In this document: piece after piece, positions 12,845 through 26,000 of the stretch | Numbering within the stretch: position 1 is the stretch's first letter | Layout of the letters: each line of letters starts with the position of its first letter | Assembly: GCA_951406725.2 (NCBI GenBank) | Contig: OX597822.1 | Location: 37,572,001 to 37,636,000 of the forward strand | DNA: 64,000 nucleotides | Direction: 5' to 3' | Source of the DNA: Octopus vulgaris | Lineage: Eukaryota | Translations under genes and position numbers: made by a program | Notes under the pieces: generated by a model | Told to the model about the DNA's origin: nothing | Seen by the model: only the letters and a program-made list of their open reading frames with translations | The model's database searches: none

Positions 12845-13200
12845 CATCATCATCGTTTAACATCTGTTTTCAATGCTGGCATGGGTTGGACAGTTTGACT
12901 GGGGACAGGCAAGCCAGGAGACCTCACCAGGTTCCAATCTGATCTGGCAATGTTTCTGCAGCTGGATGCCCTTCGTAATGCCAACCACTCCGAGAGTGTA
13001 GTGGATGCTTTTTACGTGCTAACTGCATGGGAGCCAGTGAGGTGGAACTGGCATTAGCCACATTTGGATGGTGCTTTTTTTGTGCCTCCGGCACAGAGAG
13101 CTAATCAGGTGGCACTGTCAACAACCCACACATGAATGGTGCTCATTGTGTGCTACTAGCACGAGAGCTAGTCAGGTGGCACAGGCATCAGCCACAACTA
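12845..13200 (-). mobile_element. Non-autonomous retroposon with RTE-type 3' tail ending AACCCATGCCAGCAT...(GAT)n
   Basis: Near-identical tails at about 2040-2190, 18740-18910, 35140-35260, 40680-40830, 55230-55550, 58800-58990, 60075-60260 and 62761-63080. Confidence 0.8.
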
Positions 13201-14196
13201 CAATTTCCATTTCATTGTGATTTGATTTTGATTTTACTTGACTCAAAAGGTCTCCTCAAGCATGGTGTGTCGCTCAACGAGTTCAAATCCCACCGAGGTC
13301 AACTTCGCATTTCATCAATTAGGGGTCAATAACATTAGTACCAGTTGAGTACTGGGGTTGAGGCAATCAACTTATTCTCCCCTAAACTCCTGGCTTTATG
13401 TTAAAATTTGAAACCTTTATTATTGTTGTTATTAAGGCAAGAAGCTTCAAAATTGTTAGCATACCAAACGAAATGCTTTGCAACATTTTGTCTGTCTTTA
13501 TTTTCTGAGTTCAAATTCTGCTGAAGTTGGCTTTGCTTTTTGTCCTTTTGGAATTGATGAAATGGGTACCAGTTGAGCACTGGGGTTGAAGTAATCAACT
13601 ATCCTCATCCCCCAAAATTTCAGGCCTATTATTACCATTCCCATCACCATTTGTCACCTTTTCCTTTCAGATCTTAAGATGTCCACGTATTCTTTGTCTA
13701 ATGTTTTCTCTCTTTCACTATCCAAACCTTTCCCCCTCCAATACAATGCATTACAGAAATCATCTGTCTAACGTCGATATTTTAGTATACATCTGTATCT
13801 GCAAATCTAATTAGTTTAAACAAATGTATACATTTGTAGACATATCTTACCCACTGTTTATCTGCAAAATTTCATGTAGATTGGTAGATATTATCTAAAA
13901 AGGCAAATTTGCACTCATAAACACCACTAAATTTCTACACATACCATAGTCTTTTCTCGTCTCTCTCTCACACACACAACAAACACATTGAGATGACAAA
14001 CTGAAGGTGTACTCAATACAACAACAGCTGTGTAAATTATTTATTCAATTATGTTATGCATTTGATATTAATAGTTTCATGTCACTGATGTGTATGAGTG
14101 TGCACACATGCACATTAGGTGCAATTTTCAGTCAGCAAAAAATGTTTATGAAGGTGCAGTCCTTATTAAAAGCTGCTGTTTTTTCTTTGTCTACAT

Positions 14197-14423
14197 CATT
14201 GGTTCTCAACTGGGGTCCATGAAAAATATTTGTTGTTAAAATTTATCTGCAATACACAAAATATTAAAAAAATTTTTATACAAATCCTAAATATTTTTAA
14301 TTATAAAAATGCAGTAGGGTTTTTTATTTTTATTTTTCTGTACATGTTGAATGGCTTTGGCAGTCCAGTAGAATAAAACAAGAATGAAAAGGTCCAAGGG
14401 TAAAAATTGGTTGAGAACCACTG
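14197..14423. mobile_element. hAT (Charlie-like) MITE
   Basis: TIRs CATTGGTTCTCAAC / GTTGAGAACCACTG. Confidence 0.65.
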
Positions 14424-14451
14424 GTCCCGTCTACACACACAAACATGTATG

Positions 14452-14482
<31 letters not shown>

Positions 14483-14524
14483 TAATTTACTATAAGGAAA
14501 CTAATGTTTTCAATGTCACTTCAG

Positions 14525-14605
14525 GGTTTTCTCTCTTGCAGTATTTGGTGCTGATGATAGCCAAGAAATGAGAAATGCATTTACCGCTTCTGCCAGAAGT
14601 GCCTG
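14525..14605 (+). CDS. Candidate internal exon, VFSLAVFGADDSQEMRNAFTASARSA (phase 2-2; alternative phase-1 acceptor at 14542)
   Basis: CTAAT branch motif, CTTCAG acceptor at 14524 (or TTGCAG at 14541), donor TG|GTAATG. 81 nt with only one open frame. Confidence 0.4.
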
Positions 14606-14939
14606 GTAATGACTGTTGGTGATTTCCAACACTTTATTGCCTAAAGCAAGAATTCTTCTCAATAGCAAACGGCAGTGGATTTGGCCTTTGTACATGTCAA
14701 ATATGCTCCAAGCATATTTAAACTGATCTAAATGTTGGTTTACTTACAACACTGCTTTTGTGTGCCTTGTACAATGTATGTGTGTGTGCGTGCGTGTGTG
14801 TGTGTGTAAATGCTTACGTGTGTTTGTGTGCATGCACACACACACATGCACATGTAGGTATCAAAGAATGAGGTAAAGTTTATTCATTACCAAATACTGT
14901 TATATATTTTGGATGAATCAGTTAACTATTACTCTAGAG

Positions 14940-15018
14940 CAGTGGTTTCCAACCTGGGGTCAGCAGACCCCTGGTGAGCTGCAAAGATAATGCTGGGGGT
15001 CCGTGAACTAAAATCAGA

Positions 15019-15061
<43 letters not shown>

Positions 15062-15223
15062 GTTTTTTGTGTTGTCTATTTGAATGATTTGCATTCTTGT
15101 CCCATTTTGTATTTTTATATATATTTTTTATACATACATATATATATATATATATATAAGGATAAGCATATTAAAAGGAGGGTGTAGGAAAACTCATTTA
15201 AATAAAAGGGTTGTGAACCACTG
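14940..15223. mobile_element. hAT (Charlie-like) MITE with 8-bp TSD
   Basis: TIRs CAGTGGTTTCCAAC / GTTGTGAACCACTG; TSD CTCTAGAG / CTCTAGAA. Confidence 0.85.
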
Positions 15224-15539
15224 CTCTAGAATTACCCTGATTGACTAATTTTTTAAACAACTTAGTTCATTTAAGAACATACAGTACTCAAGAAAGTGAA
15301 TGGATAACTGTATCTGATTGGTTGGGCACAGAGTGATGTCATCTCTTCAGAGTGAAACAATTAAACAGAATAAAATTTTTTTAATGGATAATTACAAGGG
15401 AGATAACTCTAAGAACATTAAGCGTCTAAAACAATAGAGATAACGAATGGATTAAAGGAATAATTGATGGACTAGAGATAGTCTGATCTATAACATAATA
15501 ATTCTGTCTCACATCTTCTATTCTAAGTGGCCCCTTGTA

Positions 15540-16458
15540 TCAACAGGGGATAATCTATACAACCAGTTCTATTGTGATTTATTTTTCAACGTAGTCCTCT
15601 TTGATGGCTGAACACTTTCTCCAGTGGTGCTGAAGTGCCATTATCCCAGCGTAGAGGAATTCTTATTTGAGACTCTAAGAAACTTCCTACGGTGTCTATG
15701 ACATCATTGTCAGTGGCAAAATGGCAACCAGCCAGGGCGTTTTTCATTTTTGGGAATAGATGAAAGTCAGAGGGGGCTAAGTTTGGCGAATAAGGCAGAT
15801 GGGAAACAAGTTTGTCTCCACAATCACAAATTGTTACCATGGCAACCACTGAGATGTGAGCTGGAGCATTGTTGTGATGAAAAAGAACTCCTCTGTTGAG
15901 CATTCCTGGCCTTTTTCTTTGATTGCTTCCTGGTGGCATTACAGTAGCTGAGAATAATACAGCCCTGTCACAGTGTGACCCTTTTCAAGGTAATCGATCA
16001 GCAAGACATCTTTTGATTTCGGACTGGTAGTGATGAACCCAACTTTGGTCTATAGTAATAAAACAAGCAAGAAAATTCTCTTCATTGGCTTCAAATAGTT
16101 GCATATTGCTTGTGAACAAAGTGCACCCGGTTCAGGAGTCAAAAGGCAAGGGAGCCACCTTGCAGAAACCTTTGAGAACCCAAGTTCTTTTGCCACAATG
16201 TTGTCTGCTCTTTCATTTGAGATGCCCAGTTTCTCAGCTATCTTGTGACATGATATTCGACGATCTTGCATTATCATACCAAGAGCAAGGTCAATGTTGT
16301 CCTCGGTGGTTGCAGTTGGAGGCCTCCCTGGTGTGGGATCATCTTCCACACTCTCCCTGCCACGCTGGAATTCATTGTTAAGGTTCTCACCATATCTTCA
16401 TGGAATTCTGATGGAGTCATGCCTTTCAAATGAAGGTACTTTATGACAGCATGATACT
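15540..16458 (-). mobile_element. Mariner transposase pseudogene
   Basis: YHAVIKYLHLKG, EDDPTPGRP, GFSKVSARWLP (WVPHEL-like) and PYSPNLAPSDFHLF motifs in frameshifted ORFs. Confidence 0.9.
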
Positions 16459-16740
16459 TATATATATATATGTGTGTGTGTGTGTGCGTATATATATATG
16501 TGTGTGCGTGTATATATATATATATATATATACGTGTCTGTGTATATATATATGTGTGTGTGTGTGTATATTTGTGTGTGTATATATATATGTATATATA
16601 TATTTGTGTATATATATGTATATATATATATATATTTGTGTATAAATATGTATATATATTTTTGTGTATACATATATGTGTGTATGTATATATATATATT
16701 TTTGTGTATACATATATGTGTGTGTGTATATATATATATA

Positions 16741-17814
16741 TAAAGGGAGTCCCAAAAAATGTACACACATATTAAATGATAATTAAGATCAATGTTTATT
16801 AAAATACATTCCATTTCTAAAATTCAGTAGAATCTACAGGCAGTTAATATTTGTTTTGAACACCTGTTTCCAAACTAGTTAGCATTTTGGTCCAGGTACT
16901 ACTTGATAACATGAAACATTGAATTGCAAAAAGTCAAGAAACATCTCATCCAATATTTGTATGCATTCTTGTTTGGTGGCTGCCTTCAATTCATCAACTG
17001 TTGCTGGTTTTGTGTCATGAACTTTGTGTCATAAAGTATACATAAAAAGTCTAGTGGTTTGAAGTCTGGTGTAGGCAGAGTAGAATACTCTGTTCAGTTG
17101 AATACTGAACACCTTTGTCCAATCCACCTGTTAGGCAAAATTTCATCAAGGTAAGCTTTGTCATTACTGTGATAGTGTGGGGCTGCTCCATCTTGCTGGA
17201 ATTACATCTTCAAAGTCCTTTTAAATGTTTGGTATGACAGATTGCTGTAGTAAGTTTAAGTAAATAGGACCAGTTACAGTACCATTTGGAAAAAAATGAG
17301 TTGATTAACCCTTTTGATGATAATCTGTTCTATACTGTAACACCGAGTAAATTAACCTGATGTTCTTCCACAGATTCTCAGGCACCCCAGTAGGTGTAGT
17401 TGTGGTTGTCATTGAGAGCATGAACTATTCTTGGAGTGTAACTTTTCCAAAGATAGTGCTTCAAAATTTGATGGATATTTAATTTTGAAATTTCTATCTC
17501 ACAACATGCTTGCCACACAGATTTTCGTGAACTTTAGCAATATCCTTTCTGGCTTTGTGGGGCTCATCAATGTCTTGAATTTTCCTGAGCGTTTCTTGAG
17601 GACATTCTGAACAGTTTCATCTGCATCAAACATATTCCTAATTCAAGTGCTGGTAAGTTGCATTGGTGGATGCCAGTAGCACTTTAGGATAAAATCTCCT
17701 TTGTTCAAAGCTTAGTTTGGCTCCCTTCAGTATTTATAATGAATTAAATAAAAAAAGAAATGAAAATTGAGTTATCAACTGTTAAAGTGCGTAAGCATTT
17801 CGATGGGACACCCC

Positions 17815-17817
<3 letters not shown>
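16741..17817 (-). mobile_element. Degenerate Tc1/mariner (maT/DUF4817-like) transposon
   Basis: TIRs AAGGGAGTCCCAAAAAATG / CATTTCGATGGGACACCCCG within (TA)n. Minus strand FQQDGAAPHY and a PDFKPLDF (SPDLNPLDF-like) motif. Confidence 0.75.
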
Positions 17818-17857
<40 letters not shown>

Positions 17858-17997
17858 TACACATGTTGTAGGTAGGTATATATTTATATGTATTTATGTA
17901 AATGTGCATATTTACATGTATGTGTGTGTGTATGTGTATATATATATATATATATATATTTGTGTATACATATATATATGTATATAATATATATATA

Positions 17998-18350
17998 TGA
18001 TTAATGAGAGAGACAGAATATGGAAAGTACGAGAATCTTTATTGATCACTGCAATTGTTTCAACCCATCTAGAATCAATCCCTCATGAGCTGGATTCTGA
18101 ACATTTGGTTTAGGTGTATTCCTTGGTGTAGACGTGTCTCCTCAGGTGAATTCAATAGGTGTCTCGTTAAAATAAACACCTAAACCAGATGCTCAGAATC
18201 CCACCTAAGAGGAATCAATGCAAGATGGTTTGAAACAATTGTAGTGATCAATAAAGGTTCTTATCTTTCATATTCCATCTTATTAATCAAATGCCCAACG
18301 AACACTGAGACAGTGAACATGCTTCACTGGAAAACAAGCAGGTGTATATC
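17998..18350. mobile_element. Penelope-like inverted pseudo-LTR remnant (~120-bp inverted arms) with hammerhead motifs
   Basis: 17998-18120 and 18170-18289 are diverged inverted copies. CTGAGGA...GAAACAATTG motif on minus strand. Flanked by (TA)n. Confidence 0.65.
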
Positions 18351-19150
18351 ATATGATTTATTAACTAATAATATATATATATGGGGAGGAACACCTTTCT
18401 CCATGTGATCGGCTTGAAAATTTAAGACATTAGGATATTTTCCTACTGTTCTTAACATGAAACCAAAATAGCCTTAATTCACAAATAAATAAATTATATC
18501 CAGCAATGTGGTGTTGAGCACTCATTTCCATCATCCTCACATATATATAGGCATACCCATTTATGTATGCTACTGGTAACACATAAATGAGTAGAATCTG
18601 TTGCATGGTCAGGTCACTGGCAACACCACCAAGCTTGCTTGGTAAGTTGAGGTGAATTTGGACATCTTGTAAGATGAAAAACAAGACCCACCAGAGGCTA
18701 ACGAACTCAAGAGAGTCAACAGCCATCAGTTGTGATATATAATCATTTAACATCTATTTCTCCTGCTGGCATGGATTGTATGGTTTGGCAGAAGTTGGTA
18801 AGGTCAGGAACTGCATCAGGCTCCAGAGTCTATGGTTTCTACAGCTGGGTGCCCTTCCTAATGCCAACCATTCCACAGAGTGTATTGGGTGCTCTTATAT
18901 GGCATCATCACCAATACTTTTTATGTGGAGTAGTATTGAGGTGGGTGGTGGTGGCTTGTGCCAGTGAAGAGATTAAAGGTGTATGCGGTAAAATAAAACA
19001 AACCAAGAATGTTTGTATGTAAACATGTGAATAATAGCGCAAAACTGGTGCCTGCTTGGATAACATATCCCTACAAAAGAAAAAATTCTTTATGAAGAAA
19101 AGGTTTTCTTGAAAAATATACATGTATGTATGTATGTATGTATGTATGTA

Positions 19151-19226
<76 letters not shown>

Positions 19227-19242
19227 TACATATACACACACA

Positions 19243-19547
19243 CTAGCAGTATCGCCCGGGGTTGCTCAGGTTTGTAAGGGAAATAACTATATAAGCATTT
19301 TTAGAGAGTTACTTCCTTTTTATAACCCGAGCAAAAATCATTAAAAATGCGGAAAAATAATGGTAAATTTTTTTTTAAATCGTAGACTCATCATAGACAC
19401 ACACTAATACCCAGAAGGGCTCGATATGAATGACGACTATAAGATACCCGCTTTTGGTTAAACTGCACCGCAAAATGTGGGGGTAGTTAGGAATCTAAAT
19501 CGGAGGAGACAGTCTCACACACACAACTTCAATTTTATATATAAAGA
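19243..19547 (-). mobile_element. Non-autonomous Helitron
   Basis: Minus strand starts TC(TTTATATATAAAA), ends with CC...CGGG hairpin then CTAG, and is inserted between A and T. Confidence 0.75.
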
Positions 19548-20319
19548 TATATATATATATTATGATTTACTGCTCATTGTCCATGCTGGCATTGGTTGGA
19601 GTTTTGACTATGATTTTACTTGGGTTGATGGTTCTTCTTCTCAAGCACAGCATAATGCCAAAGGTCTCGGTCATTGCTTTTGTGAGGCCCAACACTGGAA
19701 AGGTGCTTTTCATGTGCCACTTTGCCTCTATGAGGCACATATATGTGTGTTTGTGTGTGCGTGTGTGTGTGTATAAACACTTTCACATATTTTCTTTGTA
19801 CCATTTACAGCATTCCATGAATAGCTTACCACATATTTCACAGATCTTTTTATATTGACTTATTTCTTTATGTGCATTTTTTTTGCACATTTCTCAATGA
19901 GTTATATTGAGTTTTTTTCTGCCGCTGTTGACATTGCAGTCTTTGGTGGCAGCAGCTGTTCTCTTGCTGAGTTTTTTTTGTGTACACATGGAATCGATAG
20001 GCATGTGTGGATGTGAGCATGTGTAACAATGGTAGATATGATTTTGCTGTGTATGCATGTGTATAAGTTCAAGTGTGTGTTCCCGTCCCCTTGTCCCTAC
20101 CAGCATTGTGTAATTGTATCCCAGTTTTGTCTATTAATTTATTAGATTATTCCTTTTATACAAAATATTTAATCCTTTCCCTCCCACAACCTTGACTCAA
20201 TACATTTAACTGTTGAAACAAAATCTCACCCAAGTCTAGCATGGACTTATTGAAATTAATCAACATTTTCTTCAACCCTTTATCTTGCTCTTGCCCTCCA
20301 GCTGTACCCTTTCTTTCAG

Positions 20320-20380
20320 TTTGTATTGCTGTTGTCATCCTACGAGATCTGATGATGAAGAAGAAAGTCCTTCATATTAA
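20320..20380 (+). CDS. Candidate terminal coding exon, LYCCCHPTRSDDEEESPSY* (in-frame alternative acceptor at 20302)
   Basis: Two pyrimidine-rich acceptors 18 nt apart, both phase 2. TAA at 20378-20380. Confidence 0.35.
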
Positions 20381-22277
20381 CTTGACATCTTCATCTGTGT
20401 GTAAATCAAAAGATGTTTGATTTTTATTTCTTTTTCTTTTTTTTTGTATTTTTCTTTTAGGATCCTGTTTAAACTTGAAGACTTTTTGACAGTCCTAACA
20501 TAGACTTTTCTCAATACATTTCTAAGTTTTTTTTTTTGTTGCTATTGTTGTTAGATGTTTGTAATCCTCTAGTAAAAGATCTTCTGGATTTATCTTCACA
20601 TCTTAGTCTCCCAGGAGTTGTTTGTGTTCCTTTCCCTTTCTAATGACTTCTACCTAACTGCCCAGATATTAATTTTCAGATTAGATTTAAAAAAAGAACA
20701 ACATTATCTTAACTATTTTTTTTTTTTTTTGTTACAATGAATTTACTCCACTAAATCAGTAATCTTTAATCCTTCCTCAGTACAGCATGTAGTGTATCAT
20801 CAACTGTCAACTGCAACACACCTGGTTCTGTTAGTATTTAGCTTAGTAAAGATAAGAAGTGAGTTATCAGGTGTGAGTATTTATATGGTGCCATTAAAAG
20901 ATGTAAGTGGCAGCCTTTTGCACATTAATTTCACAAACGAGCTGTTCAGTTGATTGGAAACCTTCTCAGCATAACCGATGGAGTGCCAGAACAATTATTT
21001 AATAGAAGTGGTAAATTTGAATAAGCTTCTATGCTATGAAGAGATGAAAGTAGTGATGCTTGAAGGAAAACCAAATGCATATTTGTTGTCACAATCGTTT
21101 AATGTCTCTTATCCCATGCTGGCATGGTTTGACAGGAACCGATTAGCCAGAGGGTTGTGCTGAGTTCCAGTGTTTGCTTTGTCCTGGTTTCTATAGTTGG
21201 ATACCCTTCTTACCACCAACCACTTTACAGTATATACTGGGTGTGCTTTTTGTGGTACCAGCCTTTAGTGACATCACCAAATCTAGTTTTCACTATTTTC
21301 TGTTACACCCCAGGATTTGAACAGCTTGTTAGTTAAATGTTAAAGATCAAATACTGATTTGATTAATTGTTGGTATTGTTAACATTTTTTAAACAATCCA
21401 TGTCAACCGAAGTGTGTGTGTGTGAAAATGCAGAACTTTGTGTTAGAAACAGCTCAGTAATATAAACATTATCAACATCACAAACTTAATGTATGTTAGT
21501 AAATGCTTGTAGCTGTGGTACTACATCTGGGAGAGATCCCATTAAAGATGTATAGTGTTAAAAATTACAGTATACGTCAAAGCTAGGTGAAATGAGACTA
21601 CTCTGGAAGTGATCCAGAATGACAGATATGAATATTTCAGTTTTTTCTGATCATCGGTTCTGAAATGAAATCGAACTATTAGCTAAAAATATATACAAAC
21701 AGTGTATAATCTATTTGCTGATGTACAAATGTACATACCTTGCATTTCAGATTGTTCAGTTTCTGAGAATCCTCAGGTAGCACATTCCTGGATATTTACA
21801 TGGTCCTTGACTGGATTTGAACTCAAAATTGTTGCTATTATTATTCTCCAGACTATTTGCACCATGTTTAGATTATATATTTACAATACTTACATCTACA
21901 TTACATTTCAACTTTTATTTGATCTGTGCTCAACGTCATCAGCAGTCTAATTGCTGAAGTCCCAAACTGAAGTTCAATCAGAAGCCTTTATTTCTAAATT
22001 AAGTAATTTTTCAAATACCTTTTGGAGTTTCAATGAATATTTAGTACATTGAGTTTTTGTATTTTACCACAGGTGTTGGTTGTCAGTTGTATACATTGTG
22101 CTTGTGCTAATATATATTCACACATACTCCTCCCCTTATAAACTATCACTACTCACTAATACAAACTTTGACAAAGCCCAAACCAGAAAGCAGGTAAAAA
22201 TCCTCTAAATGCCAACTCACCAAATGTATCTAATTTTTTTTCTCCTTTCTTTTCTTCCCATTTTTCTTATTTATCAG

Positions 22278-22604
22278 ATTCTGTGGTCTATGACAGTGCA
22301 CTCTCACTGACCGAGTCTTCTCATGACCTCAACAGTGATGACAGAATGTCAAAAAGTCGAATGTCAATTGATTCCAGTGCTGGTTACACTGCTAAACCCC
22401 ATGGATCTACTCGTGATCTTTCTTCCTCTGGCCGAAGAAACAGCCTTGTCTCTAACGGTCAACGTTCTATTTTCTCTCGTGACTCTTCACCAAAGAGTGG
22501 TATTTTAGACCGTCGTGCTAGTCAGCGGTCAATTTACTCACCTGAACCACTGTCCAGGGGTCAAGCTTTTCGCTCAAGGGAAACATCCATTGACCCACGA
22601 TCAG
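22278..22604 (+). CDS. LRRFIP2: Probable LRRFIP exon encoding a Ser/Arg-rich low-complexity segment (phase 1-1, 109 codons)
   Basis: Very strong acceptor ending TTATCAG at 22277, codon-like CpG-containing ORF, donor CAG|GTTTTT. Phase matches the 28595 exon. Confidence 0.65.
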
Positions 22605-24750
22605 GTTTTTCTTTTCTTTTTTTTGATGTGAGAGCAAACTTGTCTCTCCATTTTGTCTGGTTATATCGTTAAACTACTAATCTTTACTAATGAGTAATCA
22701 ATGCCATTGGGTCTTATTTAAGTATCCAATTGATTCTGGCCTGCAATTACCAGCAACAGTGAGTAGCATGAGCCTGACCACTGGTTACATGTTTGGATGG
22801 TATTAAACAGACAATCCAGAGCAGTAGTTTAAAATGTCCAGAAATTTCTGTGTAAATAATGACTACCAATCGACCTTGTATCTTCTCTTGTCTGTCTACT
22901 AACATATACACACAATTGTTGCCATGTTGCATTTGTCACCATGAGGTGTCGAGCATGCTACACTACAACTGGATCTTGTATTTGTTTCTTTTACCTTTTC
23001 GTTGTTTTAACACTGGTTGAACTTCACCTGCAAACTCATACTTGTATCAACTTGTTATCCTTTCAATAATTATTGTTATTGGTAGAGTGTCGATCAAAAT
23101 TCCTTGTGGTATTTCGTGGTACTGAGTTCAGTTCTTGATCTGTTCAACTTTGTCTTTCATCCTTTCAGGGGCTGATTAAAAAAAAAAAAAGTATCAGTCA
23201 AGTACCGAAGTTGTTATTAATGACCGTTTCCTTTACGACTTTGTACCTGTCACAAATCATTGTTATTAACGTTGTTGTGTCCTATTGTCATCTTTAACAT
23301 AAGATAATCATAGATGTTATGTAATGTATCTGTAACTCCAACTACCATCTAACCATGTTGCATGTCACTTAGTCTGTTACTGCAGCATTTGTCATCATTT
23401 TTTGTTGAATTTGTGTGCTTGTATGTATGTATGTATGTATGTATGTATGTATGTATGTATGTATGTATGTATGTATGTATGTGTGTGTGTGTGTTTATTT
23501 GTGTGTGTATGCATACATGTGTGCATGCAGGGATGTTTTTAGATAGACTTATACACTTATGCATACACATGTGTATTTATATATGTATGTATTATTAAAG
23601 CTGCAAAAACATTACAAAAAACAGCTGAGGTTGGGGATAAGCAAGGGCATGCTCCCCATAGAAAATCCAGCTCCAAAAAAGCCTCATGACAGCAAAGGAG
23701 AATGGGCACCAGCCAGGGGACAAAACCTAGATTTAAAACACTTGATGATGATGATGATGATTACTCTACCTCTGGTATTTGAGTACTATTTTTTCCCACC
23801 TTGTTTCACATTTATGTGTTTTCTTTGGTATATATGTATGCATGCATACATATATGTTTATATGCACACACTCATATACCCTTCCATTTTAAATAAGGAA
23901 CGGGTACATTAGATGATACCTTTGAAAAATGGGGTGGTCACAACTTTTTTGGTATGTATGATAAGGGTGACTTTGGGGTTAGATTACAAGATATTGGGTA
24001 ATTTAGCCCAATTTTTAGAACAAGACTACAAAGTTTAAGGAATATAACAGATTCAGGTTGGAAAGAGAGAATAAGCCAGTTGTAAGAGGATGGTGGGCAG
24101 TGATGGGTATTGACAATGCAATTGTGAGATGAAAGGTTGCATGTAGCAAATCCAGTGTGGGGCTGGTTTTCAATTTATGGGGTTAGGTCAGACATAGGTG
24201 ACAAGAATGGGAACAAAGAATTAAGAAAATAGATGGTGGTGGTTGAACTGTTTGTAGATGGCAGGAGAAAAAATTCTTTTCATGAATTCAGTACAGAATA
24301 CTACACTTTCAGCAGACTTAATTGAATGTTTACCATGTTTTTTTATTAACAATAATAACTTTTGCCACAACCATCCCTTAAAAAAAGAAGGAAAAAGAAA
24401 GAAAAAAAATGAAGTTTTCCACTACGTAGATGGATGTAGGTAGGAGAGAGAAAAAAATGTTATGACTTGTGAATGATTCAGAAAGAAAGAAAAATAATAG
24501 TAAAAGGATTGAGCCTCATTCTGAAACAGGAATTAAAAGAATGAAGACATTCATTACCATTCCTGACTCCTAACTTTTCCGATTTGTCGGAGAAGAGACC
24601 AGATTACCCAATAGAATTCTACTGTACAACTGTGTATGTGTTTATGTATATATGTGTTTGTGTATATGTATATATATATGTGTGTGTGTAAATTTATGTA
24701 TGTATATCTATAATTTCTGTATATGTGTGTATGTAGTATGTATATATATT

Positions 24751-24782
<32 letters not shown>

Positions 24783-24819
24783 TATGTATCTATATCTATA
24801 ATTTCTGTATATATGTATG

Positions 24820-24856
<37 letters not shown>

Positions 24857-25169
24857 ATATTTATGTATGTATATGTATAATTTCTGTATGTATGTATGTG
24901 TGTATATATATATACATACATACATTTCACTCATGTGTAGACTCCTTAAATTCCCAAATTGTCATTTGACTAAAAGTTTCTTGGTTTTATCTTGACCCTA
25001 ATAGTCCTTTTTTTGTTGTGACTAAGATGTAACTAATAACTTCAATCTGACTGATAATTACAAAATTATATAATTGTCAGATTATATAACTTGTAATTAA
25101 TCTATTTTCACTCTAATTTAATGGTTATCTAACAATTTTCTCTGTGACTTATTAACAAATGTGATAATT

Positions 25170-25510
25170 TGAGACATGTTTATTACAAGTGTCTTTGTCT
25201 ATAGCAAACAACTTCAGGTGTTACATGCCTGTAACAAACAACTTCAGGTGTTACATGCCTGTAACAAACAACTTCAGGTGTTACATGCCTGTAACAAACA
25301 ACTTCAGGTGTGACATATCTGTAACAAACAACTTCAGGTGTGACATGTCTGTAACAAGCCACACTAGATATAACAAATCTGCAGCAAAGTAATTTTGGGT
25401 TTGATATGTCGATAACAAGCAACTTTCAGTGCGACATACCTCTTGAATCAGTTTTGGGTGTGACATGCTTATAACAAGCAACTTTGGGTGTGTCACATGT
25501 CTGTAATAAC
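25170..25510. repeat. Minisatellite, 30-bp unit GTAACAAACAACTTCAGGTGTGACATGTCT (left block)
   Basis: Several near-identical 30-mers at 25201-25350. Confidence 0.9.
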
Positions 25511-25689
25511 CCTTCTGTTTCTCTCAAACAATATGCCCTTACTCTCACCAAATTCTTTCCCCACTCTCTCTCTCCTTCCCTTTCTCTACTCCTCTTTCCC
25601 CCCCTCTTTCTAGCAGTATGTCCTGATCTTTGAAATCATACTGTAATGTGTCCCAATCTTCTGACACTGTTAACTATCTTTCTATTGTA

Positions 25690-26000
25690 CTCCCCACTTT
25701 TAGAAGGTGATGGTGACAGCCACCAAGAACATTCTACAACTACAACTTGAATCTCTCACCTTCCTTAATGACCATCAGTATGACTTTTGTAAAGCCAGAT
25801 TTACTCAAGACCTACTCTTCTGTGTTACTTATACTAGTGAACTCTTATCCTTGAGAAATATCATAAAAGTACCGTTGTTGCTCTCAGCATCAGCAAAGCT
25901 TTTGACTGTGCCCAGTATATAAATTTCCTGGCAAAAATACCTGCCTATGGACTCCATCCATCTTTTGTCTCTTGGATCTATGGTTTCATACTACAAAAGT
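25690..26000 (+). mobile_element. Degenerate LINE reverse-transcriptase fragment
   Basis: LNDHQYDFCKARFTQDLL and ALSISKAFDC resemble the non-LTR RT motifs QYGFR..RST.DLL and LDISKAFD. Confidence 0.6.

Noticed and set aside
16274-16814. Many overlapping YI/HT/CV-rich ORFs (also near 17760, 19126, 23349, 37155, 37931, 53492 and 59915)
   Set aside because: Translations of (TA)n, (CA)n and (GAT)n microsatellites.
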